From the NCBI GenBank assembly GCA_002269645.1, contig NIVC01000486.1, positions 390,327 to 454,326 on the forward strand: 64,000 nt of DNA. Direction: 5' to 3'. Shown here in pieces: positions 10,739-22,236 of the stretch. Source of the DNA: Macrostomum lignano. Lineage: Eukaryota. The position numbers were made by a program, and so were the translations under genes. The stretch's first letter is position 1. Each line of letters opens with the position of its first letter. The notes below the pieces were generated by a model. The model was not told the DNA's origin. It worked only from the letters and a program-made list of their open reading frames with translations, and searched no databases.

Positions 10739-11614
10739 CTATAGATTATCAAATCGCTTCCTAAGCTTTTCCATTTCTTGCTTTAGCATGCCGTCCTCGA
10801 TGTTCTTGGCCCTTCGGTCAGCATTTTCTAGCATAGTTATTAGTTTTGCCGTGGCTTGAACACCGGCTCGAATTTTATCACCAATTTTGGATAAATTCTT
10901 GACCACTCCGTCCAAGGCAGTCTTGAGTTGATTAAAGCTCTCTTTGAGTTTTTTCATATTATTCGCGTTGATTCCAGTCGCTACTCCACCAGCAACAGCG
11001 CCGGCTCCGCAGACGGCTGCGCCAATCAGAAGCGGTGGAAAGAAGATCCCGGCAATGCCCAGGCCAACAGCGGCTCCGCCGGCTGCGCCGCTACCGACCC
11101 CACCACCGACACTGATCGTCCTTTCCTTACCGTCCGCCTTTTCTGCCTCTATGCCGCAGTGAGTGCGCAAATCCTTCAGGGCGTTCTCGGCTTCAACTAC
11201 GCTTTCCTTCAGGCCAAAGAAGAGTGAGTAGAGAGAGTCAGCGGACGACCTTAGATCCTGCAGCTTCCGGATCAAAGTCTTAATGTCATCAAGAGTGACG
11301 TCACTATCGGAGCTGTAGAAATCCATAACTTCCTTGCTCTGAACCTGAACTGGCTGGCACTTTTCAATCACTTTGTCACATCTGTTTGAAACTTCTTGCA
11401 TCGACTTTGTAAAGTCCTCCAGGTAGCTTTTCACAGTAGAGTCATTCGCCTCCTTATTGACTGGGGCCAGTTCAGTAACCTTTTTCTCAGCCTCATCCTT
11501 CACTTTATCAGCGGTTTCATGCAGAACCTTGACAGTCTTGTTCAGTGTCTCAGAAATTCTGGCGGATTCTTGAAGAGCCGTCATCAATCGAATGCCATCA
11601 GCGAAGTTCGCCAT
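10739..11614 (-). CDS. Single-exon 291-aa coiled-coil protein with a central Gly/Ala-rich hydrophobic hairpin (ApoL-like / ClyA-HBL-like architecture)
   Basis: ATG at 11614, uninterrupted non-repetitive ORF. Long amphipathic helices flank GGGVGSGAAGGAAVGLGIAGIFFPPLLIGAAVCGAGAVAGGVATGI. The family call rests on architecture only. Confidence 0.7.
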   Translation of the reverse strand: MANFADGIRLMTALQESARISETLNKTVKVLHETADKVKDEAEKKVTELAPVNKEANDSTVKSYLEDFTKSMQEVSNRCDKVIEKCQPVQVQSKEVMDFYSSDSDVTLDDIKTLIRKLQDLRSSADSLYSLFFGLKESVVEAENALKDLRTHCGIEAEKADGKERTISVGGGVGSGAAGGAAVGLGIAGIFFPPLLIGAAVCGAGAVAGGVATGINANNMKKLKESFNQLKTALDGVVKNLSKIGDKIRAGVQATAKLITMLENADRRAKNIEDGMLKQEMEKLRKRFDNL

Positions 11615-12732
11615 CAGAGAAGCGAAATAATTAAGCTGGACTTACTTTCCTTGTCTGGTTAAAATGGTTGCTAGCGATTTCGACGTGTGACCAACGTATG
11701 TGAGATTGAAACCGTCCTTATCTGAATAGACTTCAGTGAAATTGAATCGGCTCGAACTCTGGGCAGGCTGCTTTAATAATGTAATGGGGAGGGTGGGCCG
11801 TCGTAAACAAGCACATTCTTTTCGTTTTCTTAAATAGGAAACCCGTCATCCATAGGCAGATTTCGTGGCACAGAAAGTTCCACATAGAAGCATGCAATAA
11901 ATTTCTTTTGTCACAATTGAGCTGCCTCATCCAGTCCCGAAGCTCCAGAGGCTAAGTTAGCTAACTTAGTTATTAATGCGAATTCTTGTTTAGAAAATTA
12001 TGAGACTTCAAAAGTTGAGACAGAGCTGAGAGACAAGTAGGTATCTTCACTTGAAAGCAGCGTTTTTGTGTGTAACAGTCGGAATACTAACCTAAGTAGA
12101 GGTTGATAATAAAGCACTGCTCAGTGCACAAAGTGGAACTTCATTTTTGCACTGCTTATGTTAGCTAGAATTTTGTATCGGAGTCTCAATATTGAGTTAT
12201 ATGCATGTTTTGTTAACAAATTTTTAAATTAACCAAATTCAGGAACTTAGGCTTCATTTTATGAGCCATATATTTGGGGGCTTTTTGTCGTTATTATTGC
12301 TCTAAAATGTGTATCACTGTTCACAGCCATTGAATCAAAAACTAAGAAAAAGACTGATCTATTTGTTAATATTCTAAAAAATATATAAAATGGGACGTGA
12401 AAACCTGAGGCATGATTCACTTTCCAGAAGTACATTGTAGTTTTTAATTTAAGTAACATGGCGGCAATGCGTGCACAAACTTAGGATTGCGTGGGTGAGC
12501 GCAAAATGTTTCAAGAGAAAGACATTTTATTTAGAGTAGCTACTCAGAGTAAGAGAGAACTTCAGCCTCATTCAAGCTTTGCAGAAGCAAAACGAATATC
12601 ACGTTTATTGTCATGATAAAGATACAATTGGCGGCCCCAATGCAGTGAACAGTCAACAGTTGGGGGTGGCTGTTTCTGCTTAAAAAACGCTCGCACGAGG
12701 CGCTCGCAAAACAGCGAGTTGCCCATGCAAAA

Positions 12733-14014
12733 ATGGCTGCTGAAAAAGTCTGCAACTTCACGGCACTTACAGCCTTTGGCATGAAATTTTGGTGAGTCAC
12801 TCCTTTCAATAGTGAAATTGCTCCGAAGCTTGAAGGTGAAATAGCTCGTCACAAAAATATTCGTGGCAATATACTCGTAAGATTTTACTAACTTTAATAA
12901 ATTACATTAAACCGTTCCTTCCGATCTGAGCATAGTCGCAATCTATAATTTATTGTCGAAAATCCACAGGGGAAGGCTGACTGGAAGCACTACTGACTGG
13001 CAGGTGAGCCAAGCCAACCAACTGAAGCTGCAGAGTCGCTGGCTCGAGGCGGGAGACGCCTTCTGCAAAGCCGCCGAGCTGCACCAAAAAAACGGCGGCC
13101 GCCAGGCCGTTGAGTTGATTGCAGTACGCCTGGGAGATGCCGCGAACTGCTTCAAGAAGGTGGATCCGCGCTATGCAATTCTAGCCATGGAGGCGGTCGC
13201 CTCGCTGCGGGCTCAGCAGAACCAGTTCTCTGAAGCCGCTGAAGTTCACGAAAACATCGCCGACTTGGCAAAGAAGATGGCTATGCAGGACCGGACAGGC
13301 GGAAGCTGGCTGATGCTGGGCGGCCAGCTCGATGAGCAAAGGAGACGAAGGCTCCAAGATCTGCACAGGACCGGCAGTACAACCGAAACTGGAACCCTCA
13401 GCTACGTGAAGTCCTGGATTCCAGGCTGGAGCACACCTTCAACGTCGTCACAGCAAGGATCAGCCAGCCAAGCCTCATCAGCTCATCCACTCCCGATCCC
13501 AGCAGCCGAAGCTCCATCAGTGATTAAGCTGGCTGCTCAACACTACCAGCTGGCGGCAGACGGTTTCAGTGGGGAGAGGCTGACGACAAGGGAGTGCGAG
13601 TGCCTGACGAAGAAGGCGGAGCTGCTGACCGAAATCGGCGAGCTGGGGGCGGCGGCCCAGCAGTTCCTGGAGCTGGCCAGGCAAGCTCAGAGCCACGAAC
13701 TGCTCGCTTTCAGCGCGGTGAGCCACGTCTTCAAGGCCTGCCTTCTGCGGTTGCAGTCAGCCAGCTGTCATCTGGGCGAGACCGAGCCAGCCGAGCGGCT
13801 ACTCGCAGATGCTCAAGCTGCATGCGCCGGCTTCAGCAAATCCGAGGAGGCCGTCTTCGTTCGCGAGCTCGCCGAGGCGGTGCGGGCCCGCGACGTGGCC
13901 GCGCTAGACAACGCCAAGCGGAGGTTCGTGAAGGCCAACAGCGTGGATGACTTCTGCAAGAGCAGGCTGGGCGACTTGCGCAGGGCGCTCAGCGGAGAGG
14001 TGCAGCTCACTTGA
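12733..14014 (+). CDS. Divergent alpha-SNAP (NAPA)-like protein; exons about 12733-12791 and 12970-14014
   Basis: ANQLKLQSRWLEAGDAFCKAAELH, DAANCFKKVDP, AQHYQLAAD, LLAFSAVSHVFKACL and the penultimate Leu align by eye with alpha-SNAP. Phase-2 GT-AG intron 12792-12969 joins in frame. The start codon is uncertain. Confidence 0.8.
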
Positions 14015-15058
14015 AGTGGCGTCTCTTCTACTCTGATTTCTCTTATGAGAGAAAAAAACGGAAAAATCACAAACTTATAGAATCAATATTTTATCATTAA
14101 TCAAATCGATGCTTAAGTGTTTAGTTTTTCTTCTGTTTTCACTATATAGCTATGCTTTCTAAAACTGTTATTCTAAACTTTTTGATCCTGGTTTCTTTTT
14201 TATAACTTGCTTCCGATCTCGAAAATTTGCTGAATTTTAATCAAAAAACAGACAAACGACAAGATTTGCAATTTGTTTAAACGCGACGCAAAGAATCGCG
14301 GGCGTGTATTGAAATAATCAATACAACAGGTAAATTTTAAAAAAACAGGTTTAAAAAAGCAACAAATAAATCAAATGCAAAAGAGTCGATACGTACACCG
14401 GACAACATGAGCAAGCAATGGCAAAATTAAAGACAATGTCACGATGTTAAAAACGCCGTTTAAACAGACGTGACGATTTCACTTCTTGGCTGTAGCGAGC
14501 AAAGCTGTCTGAAATGATGCAGAATAAAGCATGGAGCTCATTAGAAATCGGATGTCTATGAGAGCCATGCTCGCAGCTGCACTGACTCACCCTGATCGCA
14601 CTGACTACCACCCCGGGGAACAATGCCGCAGGCGGTGGCCCAGCACTGGCACTCAGCTGCGCCGGGTAACCTGCCTGCTGCACACATTGCGAATTTGACG
14701 CGAAATTCTGCGCAACACGCGGCTGCGTCAGGCTTGCCGCAGAGCTTTAAAATAAAAATACAGATTACAAATTAGCAGCCATTAACTGATTCAGTCAGCA
14801 CAATAGCAAGAAATCTAGTAGCTACCTTCTCAGACAGCAGATCATCACTGAACGATACTAACTTGATCGAATCCGCTTGCGCCAGGTACTTTAAACAGGT
14901 GGGCGACAGATAGCGATTGCCTTTAGGTGTTTTTCAAGCAATGCTTTGATTATGAAGACGCAGGTTGATAGTTAGGAAGTTTCTGAACATTTCTTCCTCC
15001 AGGTAAGTACTAAATATTTACTACCTGCCAGTTAAACAATGGTGAGTGGCGCTCATAC

Positions 15059-15594
15059 CGCCTATTAGCCGCAATGACTGGCACAAGCGGGTGCTGGTCC
15101 CACAGCCGGACACCGCGAATTGACACCCTGCGCAGCCAGCGCATCAGCGGCAGAACCAGCAGCAGCCGGTTGCACAGAGGTGAGCCCGGCTCCACCTGAA
15201 TGAAGTCCAAGCACAGACAGGTGCAAAAACTGTCGCTAAACGCCTGGTCCATGAGCCGACAGACGCTAACTAACCGATCATCAGGGTCGCAGCTCCTATT
15301 CTCAAGCTGCTCAACTGCAGTCGCACTGCAGAAGCGTTGCAGCATGTCCAAGCCCAGGTGCTCGGGCACGAATGCCAGCGAATCAACTTGGTGCAGATGA
15401 GGACCGATGAATCTGCAGCAGATGGCGGTCAGGCTCTCGGGCTGGTGCATCGCAGACTGGCTGCAGTGGAAATTTGAATTCCTCTGTAATAATGGCCTCC
15501 TTTGTATGCAATCATAATCAAGAGTGAGGCTACAATATTCTAAGGGAATTAAAGGACACTTAGTAGTCACTGCACAGCCATCTGGTATAAACAC
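15059..15594 (-). CDS. LRRC42-like leucine-rich-repeat protein exon (further exons toward about 14600 unresolved)
   Basis: ESLTAICCRFIGPHLHQVDSLAFVPEHLG, DQAFSDSFCTCLCL and LRRVSIRGVRLWDQHPLV resemble the LRRC42 N-terminal block (from memory). GT donor at 15058. Confidence 0.6.
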
Positions 15595-16170
15595 ACCCGT
15601 CCACTATAAACACACCCGTCCACTATAAACACACCTATCCACTATAAACACACCCGTCCACTATAAACACACCCGTCCACTATAAACACACACCGTCCAC
15701 TATAAACACACTCGTCCACTATAAACACACCTATCCACTATAAACACACCCGTCCACTATAAACACACACCGTCTACTATAAACACATACGTCTACTATA
15801 AACACACCCGTCCACTATAAACACACTCGTCCACTATAAACACACCCGTCCACTATAAACACACCCACCCACTATAAACACACCCGTCCACTATAAACAC
15901 ACCCATCCACTATAAACACACCCATCCACTATAAACACACCCGTCCACTATAAACACACCCATCCATTATAAACACACCCGTCTACTATAAACACACCCG
16001 TCCACTATAAACACACACATCCACTATAAACACACCCGTCCACTATAAACACACCCATCCATTATAAACACACCCGTCCACTATAAACACACCCATCCAC
16101 TATAAACACACCCATCCACTATAAACACACCCGTCCACTATAAACACACCCATGCACTATAAACACACCC
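15586..16170. repeat. 19-bp minisatellite CCACTATAAACACACCCGT
   Basis: About 30 tandem units. Confidence 0.95.
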
Positions 16171-16597
16171 GTCTACCTACAGAAACTATAGGAACTTATA
16201 GAAAGTCAAAATGATCAAGCTAGCTTTAGCCACATTTTGTTAAAAAAGAAAAATAGCAATCGACTGAACTAAATAATAAAAAATACACGCAAAAAGCTGT
16301 GTATTTTGGTAGCAATAATATTTAAAACATTTTCAAACAAAAAAAACAAATGGCAATAACGTGTTGGAACTAGAAGCAAAATAAATAATAACAAAACTGC
16401 AGATACATAAAAAACAGCAAATGCTTAAAACTTGAGTTTAAATACTAATTCAACCTTCTTGAAAGAGAGGCGCAAAATACCCTGGACAGCTGAAGTAGCA
16501 AGACTTTACGCTCGCACACTCGACTTGATCCTTCTGCATCGGCTGTCTTCTCTTCTGGGGTCCGGGCGGATTTGCTGGCCAGCTGCAAATCCCCAGA

Positions 16598-17381
16598 TCA
16601 GCGAAGCCGCTTCTCCTCCAGCAGCCGTTTCAACAGCGCCCTGGCCAGCTCTTCCGCGTTGGCCAGCATGCAGCGAAATTTATAGTCGAAGGTGTCTCTC
16701 TCGCCGCGGGTGCAGCCGCTGGGCAGCTTCAGCAGCTGACAGAATTTATAGAACTGCGCCAAAGGTGGCGGCGACCCAGATGGCTTGATGAGGCACACAG
16801 ATTCTGACTGGGGGCACAGGATCAGTTTGCTGTGGTCAGACAGGTTGTTCACCTGTCGAGTGGGCGGTTCAATGGCGTTAATTAATTAATTAGTTGGTTA
16901 GTCAGTTAGTTAGTTACATTTAGTTAGTTAGTTGGTTAGTCAGTTAGTTAGTTACATTTAGTTAGTTAGTTGGTCAGTCAGTTAGTTAGTTACATTTAGT
17001 TAGTTAGTTGGTTAGTCAGTTAGTTAGTTACATTTAGTTAGTTAGTTGGTCAGTCAGTTAGTTAGTTACATTTAGTTAGTTAGTTGGTTAGTCAGTTAGT
17101 TAGTTAGTAAGTTAGTTGGCCAGTTAGATAGTTAGTCAGTCAGTCAGTCAGTCAGTCAGTCAGTCAGTCAGTCAGTCAGTCAGTCAGTCAGTCAGTCAGT
17201 TAGTTAGATAGCTAGTTAGTTAGTTAGTTAGTTAGTTTGTTAGTTAGTTAGTTAGTTAGTTAGCTAGTTAGTTAGTTAGTTAGTTAGCTAGTTAGTTAGT
17301 TAGTCAGTTAGTTAGTTTATCAGTCAGTCAGTCAGTCAGTCAGTCAGTCAGTCAGTCAGTCAGTCAGTCAGTCAGTCAGTC

Positions 17382-17418
<37 letters not shown>

Positions 17419-20400
17419 CTTAGTTAGTTAGTGAGTGAGCTACATATCTATCATCTACCTGCATCCGCCCTGCTACATGTAAATCAATCAATCTCGATCA
17501 AGGTACCCATCAACTTATCAACCTACTCCCACGACAGCCTACCTGCAGCACGCCGTCGCTCATGCAGAATGCCACGTAGCGTCGAGTCCGCATCCAGGCC
17601 GTCACCAGAATCGGCGCTCTGTCTCGCGTCGAACCGCCGACATCCAACAATTCGTTCCGACAGTTTTCTCTTCCGCTGGCGCTGTCGACTTCGCTGCTTA
17701 GAGCGTCAGCAGCGGATGCCAGGTTCTGCTCCAGGTAGCTTCTAAACAGGCCCAGCAATTTGAGTCGCTTGGCTTCGACCTTGTCCTCGACTTTTACAGC
17801 GCTCCAACTGTACAAGACGTCAGGAGACGAGCAGCGCTGAAGCGCTCGACAGCCGTCGTTGAAGACGGCGCCAACCGAGCCATCTGGCAGCTGGTAGCCC
17901 AGCCCGATGCCGGCCGTGACGCAGTCAACCCAGCGGCACACCCAGGCTGGCGGGGTCAGCGTCATTGGCTGCAGCTCTGTTGGGTCAAATATGCCGTCTA
18001 GTGGTCTGGCGGGCGGGCCTGGAATGGCGATGCTATGGCGATTGGAGGGCGATGCTATGGCGATTGGAGGGCGATGCTATGGCGATTGGAGGGCGATGCT
18101 ATAGCGATTGGAGGGCGATGCTATGGCGATTGGAGGGCGATGCTATGGGGATTGGAGGGCGATGCTATGGCGATTGGAGGGCGATGCTATAGCGATTGGA
18201 AGGCGATGTTATAGCGATTGGAGGGCGATGCTATGGGGATTGGAGCTCGATGCTATAGCGATTGAAAGGCGATGCTATGGCGATTGAAAGGCGATGCTAT
18301 GGCGATTAAAGGGTGATGCTATAGCGATTGGAGCTCGATGCTATAGCGATTGAAAGGCGATGCTATGGCGATTGAAAGGCGATGCTATGGCGATTGGAGG
18401 GCGATGCTATAGCGATTGAAAGGCGATGCTATGGCGATTGGAGGGCGATGCTATGGCGATTGGAGGGCGATGCTATGGCGATTGGAGGGCGATGCTATAG
18501 CGATTGGAAGGCGATGTTATAGCGATTGGAGGGCGATGCTATAGCGATTGGAGGGCGATTTATAATTATATATTGAGCACATGGTCACTCCTTAGTGAAT
18601 GGGCCGTTGATAATTGATTACACCTGCCTCAATTGGGCCAGATGTGCAACCGATAGCTCAGCCGCAGCTATTTGCGCGGCGCATCTGAAGGCTGCGTACG
18701 GCTGTTCCGTCCAAGGACTGGGGGGTCGCCACACACACCCTAAATTACCCCAGCTAATGCTGGCATCCATTTTACAGCTGGGTGTCCTGCTCAAGGTCAC
18801 AAATTGTTTCGAGGGGGTCAAGAATCGAACCCCTGACCTTTCAATCGTGAGTCCACATGCTTTCAGACAATGAGGATTAAATAAGTTTGAGCTCAAAAGC
18901 GTATTAATCATTGTTCCAAAAACAAAATGAAAATCAAGATCCCATTCACCAGCCAGTCGCTTGCCCTTCCTCTTCAACGACAGCTCGGCCTCCTCTGCAG
19001 CGTCCGCCCCGTCCACCAGGTTCTGCAGCAGGCGGGACAGGCTCCGACAGCTGGCGATGGACACGTCGAGATCATCGAGGGCGCCGCGACAGCTGCTGGA
19101 GAACAGCGGCGGGCTGCTGAATGCAGAATCGGGCAGGCAGCGCAGCTGGAGCCGTGCGGCGCCCAGGTAGGCGGCCGAGTCGGTGTCCGCCAGGTTGGCA
19201 ACGTCGGCTGCCGATGGCCGAGCCGAGGGCGACGCGGACAGCAGGCGGGTGATGAAATTGGCGGCCGCAGGCGGGAAGTGGCGCCGCTGGAGGCTGAGGC
19301 GGCCAGCGCGGATGAGGCGGCAGGTCTTGATGAAGGAGGGAGAGGGAGAGGGAGATACGAGCCTGTAGATCTGAATACAGAATCCTGAATTTGAGACCAT
19401 CGATGTGCGACTGGGACATGGAATCTGGATCTAAAATATATTTGTAGGACCGTATTGGGATCTGGGATCAGGAATGTAGGATTAGGCATCTGGAATCGGG
19501 AATGTAGGATTAGGCATCTGGAATCGGGAATATAGGATTAGGCATCTGGAATCGGGAATGTAGGATTAGGCATCTGGAATCGGGAATATAGGATTAGGCA
19601 TCTGGAATCGGGAATGCAGGATTAGGCATCTGGAATCGGGAATGCAGAATTAGGCATCTGGAATAAGGAATGCAGAATTAGGCATCTGGAATCGGGAATG
19701 TAGGATTAGGCATCTGGAATCGGGAATATAGGGTTAGGCATCTGGAATCGGGAATATAGAATTAGGCATCTGGAATCGGGAATGTAGGATTAGGCATCTG
19801 GAATCGGGAATGTAGGATTAGGCATCTGGAATCGGGAATGTAGGATTAGGCATCTGGAATCGGGAATGTAGGATTAGGCATCTGGAATCGGGAATGCAGG
19901 ATTAGGCATCTGGAATCGGGAATGCAGGACTAGGCATCTGGAATCGGGTATGTAGGATTAGGCATCTGGAATCGGGTATGTAGGATTAGGCATCTGGAAT
20001 CGGGTATGTAGGATTAGGCATCTGGAATCGGGAATGTAGGATTAGGCATCTGGAATCGGGAATGTAGGATTAGGCATCTGGAATCGGGAATGTAGGATTA
20101 GGCATCTGGAATCGGGTATGTAGGATTAGGCATCTGGAATCGGGAATGTAGGATTAGGCATCTGGAATCGGGTATGTAGGATTAGGCATCTGGAATCGGG
20201 AATGTAGGATTAGGCATCTGGAATCGGGAATGTAGGATTAGGCATCTGGAATCGGGAATGTAGGATTAGGCATCTGGAATCGGGAATGTAGGATTAGGCA
20301 TCTGGAATCGGGAATGTAGGATTAGGCATCTGGAATCGGGTATGTAGGATTAGGCATCTGGAATCGGGAATGTAGGATTAGGCATCTGGAATCGGGAATG

Positions 20401-22236
20401 TAGGATTAGGCATCTGGAATCGGGAATGTAGGATTAGGCATCTGGAATCGGGAATGTAGGATTAGGCATCTGGAATCGGGAATGTAGGATTAGGCATCTG
20501 GAATCGGGTATGTAGGATTAGGCATCTGGAATCGGGTATGTAGGATTAGGCATCTGGAATCGGGTATGTAGGATTAGGCATCTGGAATCGGGTATGTAGG
20601 ATTAGGCATCTGGAATCGGGTATGTAGGATTAGGCATCTGGAATCGGGAATGTAGGATTAGGCATCTGGAATCGGGAATGTAGGATTAGGCATCTGGAAT
20701 CGGGAATGTAGGATTAGGCATCTCGAATCCAGGATCGGATAATAATAATAATTCATTCTGAAAGTGTTAGCAAAGAACTGAAATTCTCCACCGCTCACCT
20801 CCAACGCATTCGCTCCCTTGAATGGCAAGTCGCCAGCCAGCATAACGTGCATAATGCAACCAATGGCCCAGATATCCGCGGCGAAGTAGCAGCAGCAGGC
20901 GAAGTTCGAACTCCTCGGCGAGCCGATAGCGCCGAGCAGCTCCGGCGCCATGTAGGCGAGGGTGCCGCAGACGGGCTGCCGGCTGCCGGACTCCTCGGCT
21001 GGCCGGCAGGCGAACCCGAAATCGGCGATGCGCAGCAGCATCCGCTCGGTGAGCACCAGGTTGCTGGGCTTCAGGTCGCGGTGGGCAACGCCGCAACGGC
21101 GGTGCAAATGCTGGCAGCCGTCGAATAGTTGGCGAAGATAGAACTGCGCCTCCGGCTGCGAGACCGCGCCGCGAAGGCTGATCACGTCCTGCGGGGGAGG
21201 GAGGAATGGCGATAATGTCAAATCATGTCAAATGATTATCATGTCAAATGATGATTATGTCAAATAATGATCATGTCAAATGATGACCCTGTCAAATGAT
21301 GATCATGTCAAATAATTATTATGTCAAATGATGATCATGTCAAATAATGATCATGTCAAATGATGACCCTGTCAAATGATGATTATGTCAAATAATGATT
21401 ATGTCAAATGATGATCATGTCAAATAATGATCATGTCAAATGATGACCCTGTCAAATGATGATTATGTCAAATAATGATTATGTCAAATGATGATCATGT
21501 TAAATGATGATGATGCCAAATGATGATCATGTCAAATAATGATCATGTCAAATGATGACCATGTCAAATGATGATCATGTCAAATGATGACCATGTCAAA
21601 TGATGATCATGTTAAATGATGATGATGCCAAATGATGATGATGCCAAATGATATTCATGTCAAATGATAATCATGACAAATGATAATCATGTCAAATGAT
21701 AATCATGCCAAATGATAATCATGACAAATGGTTATCATGTCAAATGATTATTATTATTAAATGATGATGATTATTATTTTAAATGATGATGATGATGTCA
21801 AATAATGATGATGTCAAATAATGATGTGACAAATGATGATCATGACATATCTGTCAAATAATAAATCATACAATGCACCAATCACCTGTAAAGTCTGCCT
21901 AGTGCACAGCTCAGTCAGCAGGTAGACACCAACGGAGTCCTCAAACCAGTCAATCAGTTGCAGCACATGCCGATGCTTAGGCAGACTGGAATGCAGGCGA
22001 ATCTCTCTGGCCAATCGCTGCTGAGCAGCCGGGCTGTCAATCAGTCGGCATTTTGGCAAAGCTTTGCAGGCGAGGCACTGCAGTCTGGCAGTTCTAGTTG
22101 TAGGCAGAAGTGACAGCACAGCGAAACAGCTTGACGTGGCACCCCGGCCAAGCAGGCAGAGTCGGCGATATGTGGTGCCATTGCGCTTGTTGGTCAGCTG
22201 CAGACTGGGCGTGAACTCTATGGGGGCCTGGAGCAT
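16598..22236 (-). CDS. PLK: Polo-like kinase, about 615 aa; exons 22236-21886, 21188-20799, 19325-18950, 18018-17543, 16852-16598
   Basis: Kinase: GRGATS, LACK, REIRLH, HRDLKPSN, DFG, CGT..MAPE, DIWAIG. Polo box 1: WVCRWVD...GLGYQL.DGSVGAVFND. Polo box 2: DHSKLILCP. All four introns are GT-AG and phase-compatible (0,0,1,0). An alternative acceptor exists at 19370, and an upstream exon is possible. Confidence 0.9.
16885..17432. repeat. (TTAG)n/(CAGT)n microsatellite in PLK intron 4
   Basis: Read directly. Confidence 0.95.
18022..18558. repeat. 22-bp minisatellite GGCGATTGGAGGGCGATGCTAT in PLK intron 3
   Basis: About 24 units with an 11-bp sub-period, abutting the acceptor AG. Confidence 0.95.
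19460..20725. repeat. 28-bp minisatellite TCTGGAATCGGGAATGTAGGATTAGGCA in PLK intron 2
   Basis: About 45 near-identical units. Confidence 0.97.
21213..21860. repeat. Degenerate ATGATCATGTCAA-type repeat in PLK intron 1
   Basis: Short-period array filling most of the 697-bp intron. Confidence 0.9.

Noticed and set aside
17965-18192. ORFs with repeated AMLWRLEGD/CYGDWRAML
   Set aside because: Translation of the 22-bp intronic repeat.
18624-18859. Extra PLK exon suggested by the long ORF 18618-19400
   Set aside because: It ends in phase 0 whereas the polo-box exon acceptor at 18018 needs phase 1, which the donor at 18949 supplies directly. It has no PLK similarity.
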